A stretch of 64,000 nt of DNA from Octopus vulgaris (taxonomy: Eukaryota): positions 48,236,001 to 48,300,000 of the forward strand of contig OX597819.1 in the NCBI GenBank assembly GCA_951406725.2. The letters are read 5' to 3'. A model generated the notes under the pieces. It was not told where the DNA came from and searched no databases. It was given only the letters and a program-made list of their open reading frames with translations. Below, in pieces: positions 1-12,711 of this stretch; the stretch's first letter is position 1; each line of letters starts with the position of its first letter. The translations under genes were made by a program, and so were the position numbers.

Positions 1-479
1 CCTCTGTTAGGCTACCCTGCAGCTAATCAAAAACAACATTTCTAAGTAAACTTCAAAGTGTTAAAAAGGAACAGATGAAGAATTACCCAATTAAATTGGT
101 AATAATTTCATTCATGTAAATTTTCTGGAATGATTCACTTTAAAGTTGGAGTCGATTACACACAATAAATCATACAAATAACAAAAGATACATAACTATG
201 TAACTATATAACGTAACAAATAGAAACTAGTTTCTCTTTTATCTCTGCTACATTCTGAAACTCAAATTATATATCTTCCATGACCATGCTAATCCATATT
301 TGTAAGAAACCCAATTAAGTAAACATGGTGATTTATAATAGTTTCTTTCATCTATAGAATGGTTCTCAAGTTTTAGAAGAGACTTACTTGAGTGTTTAAC
401 CTGGTATACACACACACACACTATGTAATATACTGTAACCTAGATCAATGAAATATCTCATTACAATACTATTTACAAA

Positions 480-947
480 TGGTACCCTTGAATCGTCAGG
501 TGATATGCTGTGCATGAGAAGACCTACTGAGTCAAGTAAAATCAAAATCATAGTTGTGGCTAATACCATACTGGTGGCACATAATAAGCACCATTCAAGT
601 GTAGGTCAGTGCCAGTGCCACCTGACTGGCTCTCCATGCCGGTGGCACGTAAAAAGCATCATCCAAACGTGGTCGATGCCAGTGCCCCCCAGCTAACTCC
701 TGTGCCGCTGGCACATAAAAAGCACCATCCAAACATCATCAATGCCAGTGCTGCTTGACTGGCTTCCGTGCCAGTGGCACATTAAAAGCACCCACTACAC
801 TCAGAGTGGTTGGAATTAGGAAGGGTATCCAGCTGTAGAAACCATGCCAAATCAGAATGGAGCCTACTGGCTTGCCACTCCTCAGTCAAACCGTCCAACC
901 CATGCCAGCATGGAAAACGGACGTTAAACAGTGATGATGATGATGAT
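480..947 (+). mobile_element. RTE LINE 3' UTR copy with 3 GGCAC-TAAAAAGCA units
   Basis: Homologous to 28310-28740; (GAT)n tail. Confidence 0.85.
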
Positions 948-3000
948 TCATGGATTCTGAACTGCTAAGTTATATCAGGACAAACTACCTACAAAATGAA
1001 TCTGTTTAATACAAATTGAGCAAAATGCAGAACTTGGACTGAGATAAAGGTGAGTAACTACATGTTTGAACTCTCAGTGTCCTTCTCTACTCTCTAACTA
1101 GGCAAAGAAATGTTTTATTAATTTAGTAATTGTATAACCTTGCTTCAGGAAATTTCAAAACTAGAATAAAATTAAATCTTAATTTGTTTGTTGAAATCTA
1201 TAATTTAAAGTGAAGTATTTTTTCTGCTTTAATTTCATAAAATAGGTTTAATTAAAGCAATGTTTGCAATTTAGTTAATATAAGAAGTCAAAAAGTAAAA
1301 TCAGCTTTGTTCTGAAATACCTTCAGCCAGTAGAAAAAAATCATTAAAAATAAAGACCTCGTAAATTGCGCACTGTCATTTAACTAATTAAGCACAATTT
1401 TGGTTCCGAATACTTCCAATGATTCAGAAATTCCATAAGAAGTACAATACACACCAATTCTGAATTTCTGATAATTGCAATTTTAATAGATAACTAAACC
1501 AACAATTAAAACCAGTGATAATTTGGGAATAGCTGTGTTAGGAAGAGCATCCATAGAAACCATACTTAATTTAAAAACATACACGCAAGATGTGGTAGCC
1601 CTATTCATGAAGACACTAATGCTGAATAAAAACTGGCTTTGACTGCGGTGACCTGTCCAACCCATGCCAGCATGGAAAACAGACATAAAATGACAATGAA
1701 ACGAGTAGTAATCATCTACATTCTGCAAAGTTGTTTTCTTTTATAATAAATAAATAACTAAAACTAGTAGCATAGGTTGTTTCATGAAGCCTAAAAGCCA
1801 TAAAAGATAATTTCATCTCAGACAATTGGCTCCTGAGGTGTTTACCATACATTAATAATTATGCTATAATTTGATCAAAATAGCAGCATAAGTTGCCTTA
1901 CTGAAAAGAAGTGATGAGCCATTTAAAATGCCAAATAATTATACACGATAAATTCTTAACGAAGCAAGTTAAATAAACAGCATTAGATATCTACCTATAA
2001 ACTGATTTCAAAAGTATGATAATTATAAGTTTAAAAGAGACTTAACATTATATGCAATAACTCCAAAGGAAACCTATTAAATCATTAAAGAAAAAAAAAG
2101 GTAAGTAAATAACCAAAGTGAAGACTACTTTCAATAATGGCTTACTAGCTTACCAAGAGTTATCATTTACAGCCGAAACTTTAAAATAGAGGCATTTTGT
2201 CCATCTTTGTTCTGAGTTCAAATTCTGTCAAGCTGAACTTTGTTTTTCGTCCATTTGAGATCGATAAAATAAGTACCAGTTGAGTACTGGGGGCCAAAGT
2301 AATCAACTAATCCCATCCCATGAAATTGCTGGCCTTGTACCAAAATTTGAAACCATTATACAGAGCTGTTGCATAATTCTTGTTAGAACAATATTCCAGT
2401 AGCTCCAGTATCAATAACAAAGTCAAAATTATATTTTAGTTAAAAACCAGAAAAGGAATAATTGTTTTCCAGTTATAGTATTTTTCTGAAGAAAATCATT
2501 TTCTCTGCAGCTGACATTTTACCAGAAACAAGACAATTTGCTTATTTAAGATATTTCCACCAGACATCACAGAGAATAATTAGACTTATTACAGACAGCA
2601 GCAACAACACTCAAATGTCATCTCAATCTGTTCCCAAAGGGTTTCTCAATTCATCTTTGAAACTTACTCTTGCCAATAGACAAATGCTGTTGTAAAGATT
2701 CCTAAAGTGGGTAAGGTCAATTTTAACCTATCATGTTCCATTATCATTGTTGATTCAATGTCCACTTTTCCATGCTTGCATTGGTTGTACAGAATTAGCT
2801 GAGGAAAATTTTTCTACAGGTGGATACCCTTCCTATCACCAAACCTCATCTATTTCCAAGTAAGGTAATAATATTTCCTAACGACCAGACATGTTTCAAG
2901 GGAAGATTGGAAATGAAAGACACTTCTTGCATAATAGTGACACTCATTTACAACTATCAAGCAATGTCAAGGCAAACAGATAGTAATACACACACACATG

Positions 3001-3032
<32 letters not shown>

Positions 3033-4511
3033 AGCATATACAAAACGGGCTTCTTTCAGTTTCTGCCTACTAAGTCTATTCAAAAAACTTTGGTTGGCCT
3101 GGGACTATAGGAGAAAATACTTGCCCAGCATGCCACACAGTGGGACTGAAACTAAAATCACGTAGCTGAAAAACAAACTTCTTACCACACAGCCACACTA
3201 TTAAAAAAATTCATCACAAGACATCAATACACGTCACATATTACAATCAGCGGTTTTTGAGATGACTGTTGGAGATCATTACACTTCACCGACCAGAAAT
3301 ATGGAGGTAACAAGAATGCTTAGTAAAATTGATGTTACTATGATTAAAATATCTTGAACAGAAACATGATGCCTAGAGTTGGGTAATAATTCACAACACG
3401 AGAGCAAATGATGATGATAGCAATTTCTTAATTAGTATGATATCTTAATCATGATAATTTCCTATTCTCCACATAGACATTCTCCTATTCTCATGCTTTA
3501 GTAAAGTTTAATAGAACTCTGATTTTGCTTTGAATTTACTGCTATGTCACACACCTTACACAACATACCATAATTAAAACATCTATATGTTAGAAATTAT
3601 TTTTCACAGTTCTTCCAATAAAGATAAAATTATTGCACATTAATCTAGGAAATTTAATAAAGATTTTTAAAATAACTATGAATCTTAAAATAATTTTTAA
3701 AAAACCTTCCCTCCGTATCTTCAAAAATGTTTATATTTTATTCAATCTTTAGAACATTTCTCTACTTGCAAAGGGGTTGCTTAGATTCTTTAAGAGACAA
3801 TAATAACAACAACAACTCTGAGTAGTAAGATAGCAGGAAGAAATTAAATTTTAGGAATTCTTAACAAGAGACAACAAAAAAATTGTTTACTTTCTATAGC
3901 CAGCTCAGTTTAAGATTCATAACTTTAATAAAGGATTACAGACTTAAAAGACAAGTTGATGCTATTTTCTTATCTAAAAAGAGGGAAAATGTGCTTGAAA
4001 CTAATTTTAAAGGTACTCGATAAAGAAACAACAAAAGATGCCAAAACTTTGGAAATAGAATTAGTTAATGCTCTCTAAAGTCAACATAATCAATGGAAGT
4101 GCTGAATAGCATCTCCCTGGCAAAACAATGAATGTTTAGAGTGCATTCAAAAAAGAGTTTTTTCCCCTCCTTTAACTGACCAAGGCAATAGGGTGTTGGA
4201 CTACTATTATAGGAGTTTATCTCTTATCATAGTTGCATTGTTTGTAGGAAAAGAGCTGCAACTTTGAAGGCCAATTCACACACTTGTAAAATAGTTACCA
4301 GGAAAAAGTACAGTTCACTTCAATATGAAACATCTGATCTATAATATTTAGTCATGCATTTTTGGTATATCACAATACTTAATTTTGATGATGACTCGGC
4401 TGTTAGGACAACTTGTCCCACTTTTCCATTGTCCCAACAGTATTTTGGATTTATGAGACTCATCATTACTATTCATTTACACACATGATGAGCAAATGAG
4501 AACCTTCATAT

Positions 4512-4815
4512 CAGGAGTTCTCAACCATTTTTTATCTATGGATCCTTTTTGATTATTATTTTATTCTGATATGATGTTTAAAAACTGGTTTTATAGAAAC
4601 TTCTTTCAAAATTCCTATTTTGTTTTTCACACAAACTTGTGTAAGTTGAATTATGTAAAATGTTAGAGAAAGCAACCTAGCTGTTTCTTGCAATACATGC
4701 CAATACATACATCTAAATCGAAATTTTTTCAGAGGCCCTATTGTGGATCCCTAATTTATTATGTTGTTGTGTGGACCCCCAAAAGTCTTATATGGACCAC
4801 AGTTGAGAACCACTG
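4512..4815. mobile_element. hAT-type MITE
   Basis: TIRs CAGGAGTTCTCAAC / GTTGAGAACCACTG, subterminal (A/G)TGGA(C/T)C repeats, and degenerate 8-bp flanks CTTCATAT / TTTTACAT. Confidence 0.7.
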
Positions 4816-4819
4816 TTTT

Positions 4820-5000
4820 ACATGATCAATTGACTTGCTAGAAATAACAGCCAAATCTTTCTAAAATGACACCCTACCAACTTGAAAAGGGACAGACACA
4901 TTTATGCAATGCCTAAGATAATGACAGGATGGTCATGGCCAGCATGTCTGATCATAATCTGCTCAGTCAACCCTGTTTTGGAGCTAAACAATAACAACCT
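4820..5000 (+). repeat. Old interspersed repeat family D with (AAC)n-like tail; other copies ~5410-5600, 22250-22450, 45300-45515, 59960-60180, 63360-63530
   Basis: Shared motif CTTGCTAGAAATA(A/G)CAGCCAAATCT...(A)CCCTACC..GGATGGTCATGGC..TGATCATA. Confidence 0.65.
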
Positions 5001-6399
5001 GACGACAACGAGGCTTACGATTTTACTCCTCAAGTTATCAAAATTAGAACTAGTTTTACAATACAGAATATTTTGTAGGATGCTCTGTAAAGAATTACAT
5101 GGGTAATGGTTATTTCAAGGGTTAATACCAATTACCATATAAGCATCTGTTGAAAGCATCACCCCAACCCCTGCCAACAATGATGTTTGGTTGGCTCTTT
5201 CATTCATGCTCAATTAAATTAAACATCAAATTCATATTTACTCAACGTTCTTTTCTATTTCATTATTTACTGCCAGACACCAGAACCAATTCGTATATTT
5301 TTTATTAACTCCATTTTCATTCATCTAAAGTAATTGTATCAATACAGAATGGTATTTCTAACTAGCTAGTGTGTGAAAATGTAGTTGTGTAGCAGACTCC
5401 TGTCACTAATTTGTTTTTATAGCCTCAGTTCAGACTTAACAAGCAGAACTTATGATCAAAAGCATTCCTGCTTTGAAAACCTCATTTTTTTTTGTACATC
5501 CAGACTTATATTGTCCAATGTATCCTTGCAGTAAAATTGTAGAATATTATTTAAGGGAGATTTGACTACTATTTCTAGCAGGGAAAGCAACTATATATAA
5601 AGCAACGTTTAGTAAATATCTCATATCACCAACCATTTCATGGAATCATTGATAACTTTTAAAACTCCCATAGCAAAGTTCTAAAATAAAATTTTTTAAA
5701 TATAATAAAAAACTTCTTGATTTACTAACAATTCTTTCATCCTTTTGTGTCATCAGTAGTAGTAGTATAACAGTGCATTGCTGCATCCACCATTTGTTGG
5801 TGAATCCCTATTCCTGGCAAATGACACCTCTAGACCACTCAGGTGACAATCCTCCAAAACTCATGGCTCTGATTGGGTAGTCATTCCTGGTGAGGGTTTT
5901 ACAAGGTCAGAGTGCAAATCCTACCTTAACCTCTTTTAGTTGCTTTTTATGACTTTTTGACAAGCTGGTCCCCAAACAGCATGTGTGTGCATGCGTGTGT
6001 GCGTGCGTGCGTGCATGCATGTGTGTGTCATTACTGCTTTTTAATAAGTAAATTTAAAATAGACTTAATGAAAAATATTTTCTGAAACTGATAAAGAACA
6101 ATAAAAATTCAGTCATATTCATAATAATTTAATACATTTAAACTTCAAAATCATTACAGGTGTTTATCAACCCCTTGGAGAGCCACAAGAACCCCAGAGG
6201 CCAATACAAATCACTTTGCTGGCCCTTGATGTAGAGACTCCCTTGTTGGCTCATAGGCTATAGGTTAAACTAAATATGATCCACAGATCAAGTGCCCTAT
6301 ATAACACACACAGTCTAACCCATGCCAGCATGGAAATATACTTTATTATAGGGAGGACAGTTTGACAGTCTGGGCATGTATTTTCTTTCCTCTCTAATC

Positions 6400-6790
6400 T
6401 ATTCCCCTAGGTTTACAATAGGAATAAAGTAGTGGTTGCCAAAATGGAGGCAGAGAAGATGAACTTTGTTGGAATACAATAATTACTACTGTTCTTCTGC
6501 ACTTACTTCTGGTGGTGTGTTTAGTATTAACAAGATTACTAATGCTGTTATTATTTTTATGCATGGTGATTTTTGCATTTGTCTAAATTATGTGAAAAGT
6601 ACAGTGTTCTTAAGATGATGTTATATGTTTGGACATTTGAGGGTAATTTTACATGTTGTGACAGGAACTATGTGGGTTGGGTTCTGTGTAAATGAATGGT
6701 GCATCTTGCATGTCCAAGTGCTCGTTTATTTTGAGTATTTTAGTTTCATTGTCTTTAAACAATGAAATCTGTCATGGATTATACCTGTTT
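6400..6790 (-). mobile_element. Old LINE relic
   Basis: Minus strand NETKILKINEHLDMQ..F resembles the post-RT 'ETKILP..EHL' segment of non-LTR elements. Confidence 0.4.
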
Positions 6791-8217
6791 TGTCTGAGCT
6801 CTCAAATCTTCTCATAATAAATTACAAACAACACAAAATCGCATGCTTTGCATCATCACAAGCTGCACCCCCCACCCACCCCAGCTTATGCAGCAATATT
6901 GTTTAACTGTCAAATGTTCAATTGTTAAAAATTGTACACTGTATTTCATTGTTATTTTTTTTTACGATTCCTATCCAAATCTATATCTCATTTCTATGCA
7001 TAAAAACATGTATAAAAAAAATAAAATATCTATTAGTTTATTATTATTCTAATCAGAAGGAACATAAAAGTCTATTTTAGCTTGTCTACATGACTCAGCT
7101 CTTCACATCATCATTTGCTTTTATTGAACCCTGTGGAAATCAAATATGCTACAGTTAACCAACGGTAAATAAAGAGATAAAATGAAACAAGCAGAATCTA
7201 CCATTATTTTATCCAGTTGATGGAGCAGCCATATTGAGTTAATATTTGATAGAGATCTTACTCTCTACTAAAGAACTAAATAACAGAAAAGAAACAAAAC
7301 ATTGACAGGCTCAAGTGAACAAGAGTAAAAAAAAATCAACCTTTTGAATTAATACCACACTTATCCAGATTACAAATGTAATAGGAAATCTAATAGAAAA
7401 CAGAAAAGTAGTTTGAATTTTTCAATGAATGAGTTTTCTTCCTCAACACTTCTAAGCATCATTGGCCATGAATTTGAGAGCTATTTTATTATGAAACCAT
7501 TCTCAGATTTAACCTAATCACACACTGACAACAACATATACATAGATATGCAGTAGCAACAGCACATACACATGTATGCTGTTCACTTTTGACTCATAAG
7601 TCATTTGAGTTCAAATTTTCTGCAGGATTTGTGAATTTAGAGGCACTCTTAAGTTAACACACTAACATTTAGCAAGCTGATAGAAATAGGAATCAGACCA
7701 TCTTGGAGCAGTGTCTTATCTTATCCAGAGGGAAAGGTATCTAATCTGTTTAATGGATGTATCTCATTTGTTTAATACATGACTATGACCAAAGCTAACA
7801 ATTAAATTCCCTCAAGACTTAATGGACATTTGTTTTCACTCTTATACAATCATCCTACTTGCTTTAAAGAAATGCTACCAATTTTTCCAAAAGATAGATA
7901 TCTTTTTTAGAAACAAAATTATGATTCTTTAAATTTTTTTAAAATGCTAAGAAACCACAAAAATAAATAAATAAAACACTATGAAGACTGATCTATTGTT
8001 AACATCTGGTCAATAGTAGTTTATATCCGAAAGGCATTCTAGATGAGTAGAAACCAGACTTCAAGAAAAAAAAAAAAAAAGGGCAGGTATGTTGATAAAA
8101 GATGTATTTGAAAGTTCACTAACAAAGCACAAATGAAGAACTAAAATTTTTTTAATTAAATTACAGTGAAAGGAATATTTTTACTGATAATAATTATTTG
8201 TCAATATTATTTATATT

Positions 8218-8431
8218 CTTTTCTACTCTAGGCACAAGGCCTGACATTTTGGGGGGAGGGAGCCAGTCAATTAGACTAACCCCAGTATGCAACTGGTACT
8301 TAATTTATTGACCACAAAAGGATGAAAGGCAAAGTTGACCTTGGCGGAATTTAAGCTCAGAACAGAGAGACAGACAAAATACTGCTAAGCATCTCACCCA
8401 GCATGCTAATGTTTCTGTCAGATCGCTGCCT
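8218..8431 (-). mobile_element. tRNA-derived SINE family C; other copies ~2190-2360(+), 18132-18316(-), 43600-43950(-, two), 51860-51990(+), 52725-52940(+), 58550-58770(-)
   Basis: Perfect 17-bp TSD TCAATATTATTTATATT (8201-8217, 8432-8448). Core CAAGGTCAACTTTGCCTTTCATCCTTT..AATTAAGTACCAGTT. Confidence 0.85.
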
Positions 8432-8793
8432 TCAATATTATTTATATTGAGCAAGTAATTTCACCTCTGCATCAAGAAATCTAATTTAAATAATCAAATG
8501 CTGTGGATGTGGTGAAGACCACATAGGACAAGTTTAATTCTGAAGGATAGAACGATGGTAGACTGCCAAAAGATACAAGATCCCGGGACCAGGAAAATAC
8601 CTGTAAGTAAATATCTAACTCTTTGCACAACAAATACACACTCCAAATACCAAATTTTCCCATTATGCAAATGCATCAAGAACACCTCAATCCAATTCTG
8701 ATTAAATAAGGAAACTAGGTTTATTAAGAAATATAAACTAAAACTAAATGTTCTACCACACAATAGAATGAGGAAAAAAAACAGTTTATTTAA

Positions 8794-9013
8794 CCCTTTC
8801 GTTACCATATTTGTTTTGAGATGCTCTGTTTCTTTCAATTAATTTTAAATATAACAAAGAATTTAGTAAAATAACCTAGTTATCATTAAGCTAGTGTTAG
8901 GAACATAAATTGTGACTAAAGTTTGGTGGAAGATTTTAATTTAAACCTTATAAAAACAAGATATTTGTACTACAGAGCTAGAGGCAGTTTCAGCTGGGTT
9001 GGTATAGATAGGG
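8794..9013. mobile_element. TTAA MITE family 1
   Basis: TTAA CCCTTTCGTTACC ... GGTATAGATAGGG TTAA; reverse-complement homologue of 24758-24952. Confidence 0.85.
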
Positions 9014-9696
9014 TTAACTAAAAGCAACTAGATGTAACAAAAATGATAATGGTAAATGAAAAGCTAGAGTAACAGTCTTCCTCTGGAATTTGAAACTAAC
9101 TTCAAACTATTGTGTAATTACATATTACACTTTTTCAACACTGTGTTGATGTTGCCCTAAAATTGACCAGCTTTTGGTCAAAATCAGGCCCTCAGGGGAG
9201 AAAAAAAAAACCAAATGCTCAACATACAAGAATGCTGAATGACTGTCATGCAAAAACAAGTGACCAAGACATTTGATAACCAATGATGTCGACAGAAAAT
9301 CAACCAACCAAATTACTGGACTACTACCAAGCAAAAATAAGTGACCAGAACATTTGATAAACAAATGATGTACTCAGGCAGTCAGTCAACCAGAATGCTA
9401 CGCTACAGGTAGATATGAGCAAGTAAACAATCAGGACTTGAATGTATGTCTTATACCCATAGATACAAAGAATATCGGCCTGAAACCTAGATCAAGTTCC
9501 ACCAAGAAAGCAAACGATGAAAAATTCTCTTCAAACAACACAGCAGAACATGTAAAAAAAAAATTTTTTTTTTTTAAATCTTCATATCTAATTAACATAA
9601 CTTATTGCTTTGAAATCTATTGAACTTTCAATTTTTTTTCATGTAGTATTGCTACAAAATTTATTGAAAATTTGAACTTTCATCATTTTCTATGGT

Positions 9697-9766
9697 TGTT
9701 ATTATTTTTATGCATGGTGATTTTTGTATTTGTCTAAATTATGTGAAAAGTACAGTGTTCTTAAGA
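9697..9766 (+). repeat. 70-bp near-identical direct copy of 6546-6615
   Basis: One mismatch in 70 nt by visual alignment. Confidence 0.9.
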
Positions 9767-10016
9767 AACCTATTGAACATTTGATTTTTTCTTTTGAACA
9801 ATTTTATTACTATAGAATTTTCTCCAGTACATTCACTTTTTTAACTTCTATTTTCTTTTTCTTTTATTTACCAGTAAAAAAAAAAATTGTTGAAACCAGT
9901 GTGTTACTTTCATAAATTTCAAAATATGTAATATAAAACTACATGTTTTGAGACCCAGGTGCATTTTCAACCCCCAAACCTCACACATGTGCGCACGCGC
10001 ACGCGTGCACACACAC

Positions 10017-10200
10017 GTGTGTGTGTGTGTGTGTGTGATGGGCTGTTTTCAGTTTCTGTCTACCATATCACTTACTAGGATTTGGTCAGCCCAGAGCTAT
10101 AGCAGGAGAAACTTATTGAAGGTACTACGCAGTGGGACTGAACCCAGAACCATGCGATCATGGAGTAAACTCCTTACCACACAGCCACACCTGCACCCAT
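10017..10200 (-). mobile_element. tRNA/CORE SINE head half, ~130 bp from the LASP exon donor
   Basis: TTTCAGTTTCTGTCTACC ... GCAGTGGGACTGAACCCAGAACC ... CACACAGCCACACCTGCACC. Confidence 0.85.
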
Positions 10201-10332
10201 ATGTTAGAAGGAAATGTCCAAAAGGGTAAGATATCATAGCAAGACCATACTATCTCTTCTACAAATAAGAAGAACTGGATAATAAAATTGGGAACCTGGG
10301 CAAAGATGTTTGTTATAGAATAAAATACTTAC

Positions 10333-10427
10333 GCCACACAAAATGGTTTTTTGTCATATCCCTTGTAATTCTTCATATTTAAGGTCATTCCACAGACTTC
10401 GCATTTGAAGCAACTTTTGTGCCATAC
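10333..10427 (-). CDS. LASP1: Internal coding exon (exon 2 equivalent) of LIM and SH3 domain protein (LASP1/Lasp, nebulin family); C-terminal half of LIM domain
   Basis: Minus strand reads ttttcag|GTATGG...TGTGTGGC|gtaagt and translates [32 protein letters not shown]. This closely matches human LASP1 [32 protein letters not shown] (recalled). Length 95 bp, phase 0 to phase 2, canonical AG/GT. Too short for the ORF track. Confidence 0.95.
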
Positions 10428-11478
10428 CTGAAAAATATTACATTACATTATTATTTTTAAAATAATCATATTAGATAAATTATTCTTTGAAATAATGTAC
10501 AATTGATGAACAAAAATATACATTGAAGTAACAATTAGAAATAAGTTTTTAATATCATAAATTATCTGTTACGAATTGTCTGTAGAAATATTTATAAAAT
10601 ATTTCATCAAATATAATAACAAAATAATAGTAAATTACAAACCATTACTAATCAATCAAACTGATATGTAAAGAGATAATTACTTTTTACTTTCCTCCAT
10701 AATGCTTTTATAGTTAACAGCATTACAATTACAAACAAATAAATGCAGGAAAACTTTTATACAGTAAATATTGTATGATGTGTTCTGACAGTGTTTCAAA
10801 CTGTACTCACAGACACGTTCATACATAGAGATGAAATATGAAAGCTTATTAAAAAATGCAAAAGACTTACACAAAATACGATGTATAAGTCAATAGTTCT
10901 GAATGCAATATTATCAAGCAATAATCTGGAAATTTTACTGCTGCACTCAATCAACTTGTTTTATGTAGAACAGAGTAAAAATTAATTTCCTTATTTAGGA
11001 TATGCAATGGCTGAGTTGTTATGGCAGATAACCTTTTTCATGTCAGTGGTATAAAATGCACCCAATCCATTCTGTAAAATGGTTGATGAGAAAAGCATCC
11101 AACCATAAAAACAAAGCCAAAAGGGAAAACAAAAGTCATACACAGCAATAGGGTGTGTATGACTCCTTTATTGTGTGAGTCAGGTGATAGAGAAATGAGG
11201 CAGACTCCTTCAACCCATGCTAGCATGGAAAAACAGACAGTGATAATAATGACTTGATAGTGCCTACAAGATAACCACCAAAAGGACTAGCAATCAATAT
11301 CCAGTTACCAGGGCTGAAATGTGCCCCTGACTAAGGTATTTAACTGCCAATGACCTACTTAGCTGCATAGAGGTAGCATAGGATCAAAGAGATTCTATAA
11401 GTAGCTGCAACATTGTATAAATGACAACTGCTTTATTAGCTTACACTATTGAATTCAACTCCACTCATAGATATAACA

Positions 11479-11884
11479 ACCCTTTTGTGACCATATTTCT
11501 AATGAAATACGAGTTTCACTCACAATTGTCATCATTTAAACATCTATTATACATGCAAGCATAGGTTGAATGGCTTGACAGGAGCTGGCAAAACCAGAGG
11601 CCACACCAAGTTCCACAGTCTGTTTTTGCTTGGTTTTTACAGCTAGATGCCCTTCCTAAAGCCAACCACTTTACAAAGTGTACTGGGTGCTTTTTATATA
11701 GCACCATCACCAGTGCATAGTTTTGAAAATCAATAATTTGGAAGGATAATCAGTAAAATAACTCATTGTCATTATTGAAAAAAAGCTTGGCACACAAATT
11801 ATGATGAGTTCTAAATTAAATATGAACACTTTGAAATGTGGTTTTGTATCAATAAACTAGAAGTTGTCTTGGTATCAAAAAGAT
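11479..11884. mobile_element. Old TTAA MITE family 1 split by an RTE 3'-end insertion (~11525-11715, minus)
   Basis: CCCTTTTGTGACCATATTTC ... GGTATCAAAAAGATTAA flank a GATGCCCTTCCTAA-containing segment. Confidence 0.6.
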
Positions 11885-12508
11885 TAAAGAGAGGGACAAG
11901 CACCCTCTTTATCAGTGACATTCCTATGAACCAATGAATGGTGTGATGCTTTCGTTGAACTCAAAGATAATGACTAAAAACAAACAGATGGAAATCTATT
12001 TTATTCCCATGTCTTGATTTTCCTGGCATCGACATTTATAACTATGTTTATATTTACATTTTTCATATTTGTTAGATAAATGGGAACTAGTTAATAATTT
12101 TGATTACAAGAGAGAAAAATAATCAACACAGCATTAAAGACTACTGTCTAAAGTTAAACTGTGAATCAACAGAGATAGCTTAGTACCAGGAAGAATTGCT
12201 ATCAAGCTAAGGCATTGGACTAAAGGTAAATAGTTGTGTGGGATGTTGTGACATTCAGTATATGACTTTAATCTGCCCATTTGAAAATAGACACAGTCCT
12301 ATTACAGATAACAGTATGGAAATATTGTTCTGTAGTAGATCTATGACATGGGTTTGCTAGTCCAATGATTAGGTACTATCAACAGGTTCAGATGTACCAT
12401 GTCTCTAGTCTGATCCTGGATGTCTAAATCTGTTACATTAGCGACCACAATGGAAATAGAGAGCATAGCAATGTAAAGAACATTGTTACAAAAACAACAT
12501 ATGGCAGC

Positions 12509-12664
12509 CACAGGCACAACTGTGTAGTTAAGAAGCTCACTTTGCAACTACATGGCTTTGGGTTCAGTTCCACAGTTCAGCACCAGAAGTAGGTGTCTTC
12601 TACTATAGTCCTGTGCTGACCAATGCCTTATGAGTCAATTTGGTAGATTGAAACTGCACAGAAG

Positions 12665-12711
<47 letters not shown>

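Noticed and set aside
2462-2695. Plus-strand ORF with a TTTTCTCTGCAG acceptor-like site
   Set aside because: No recognisable protein similarity and no convincing in-frame donor.
8490-8610. Purine-rich stretch ending in a plus-strand GTAAGT
   Set aside because: No clear acceptor and no recognisable product; more likely decayed repeat.
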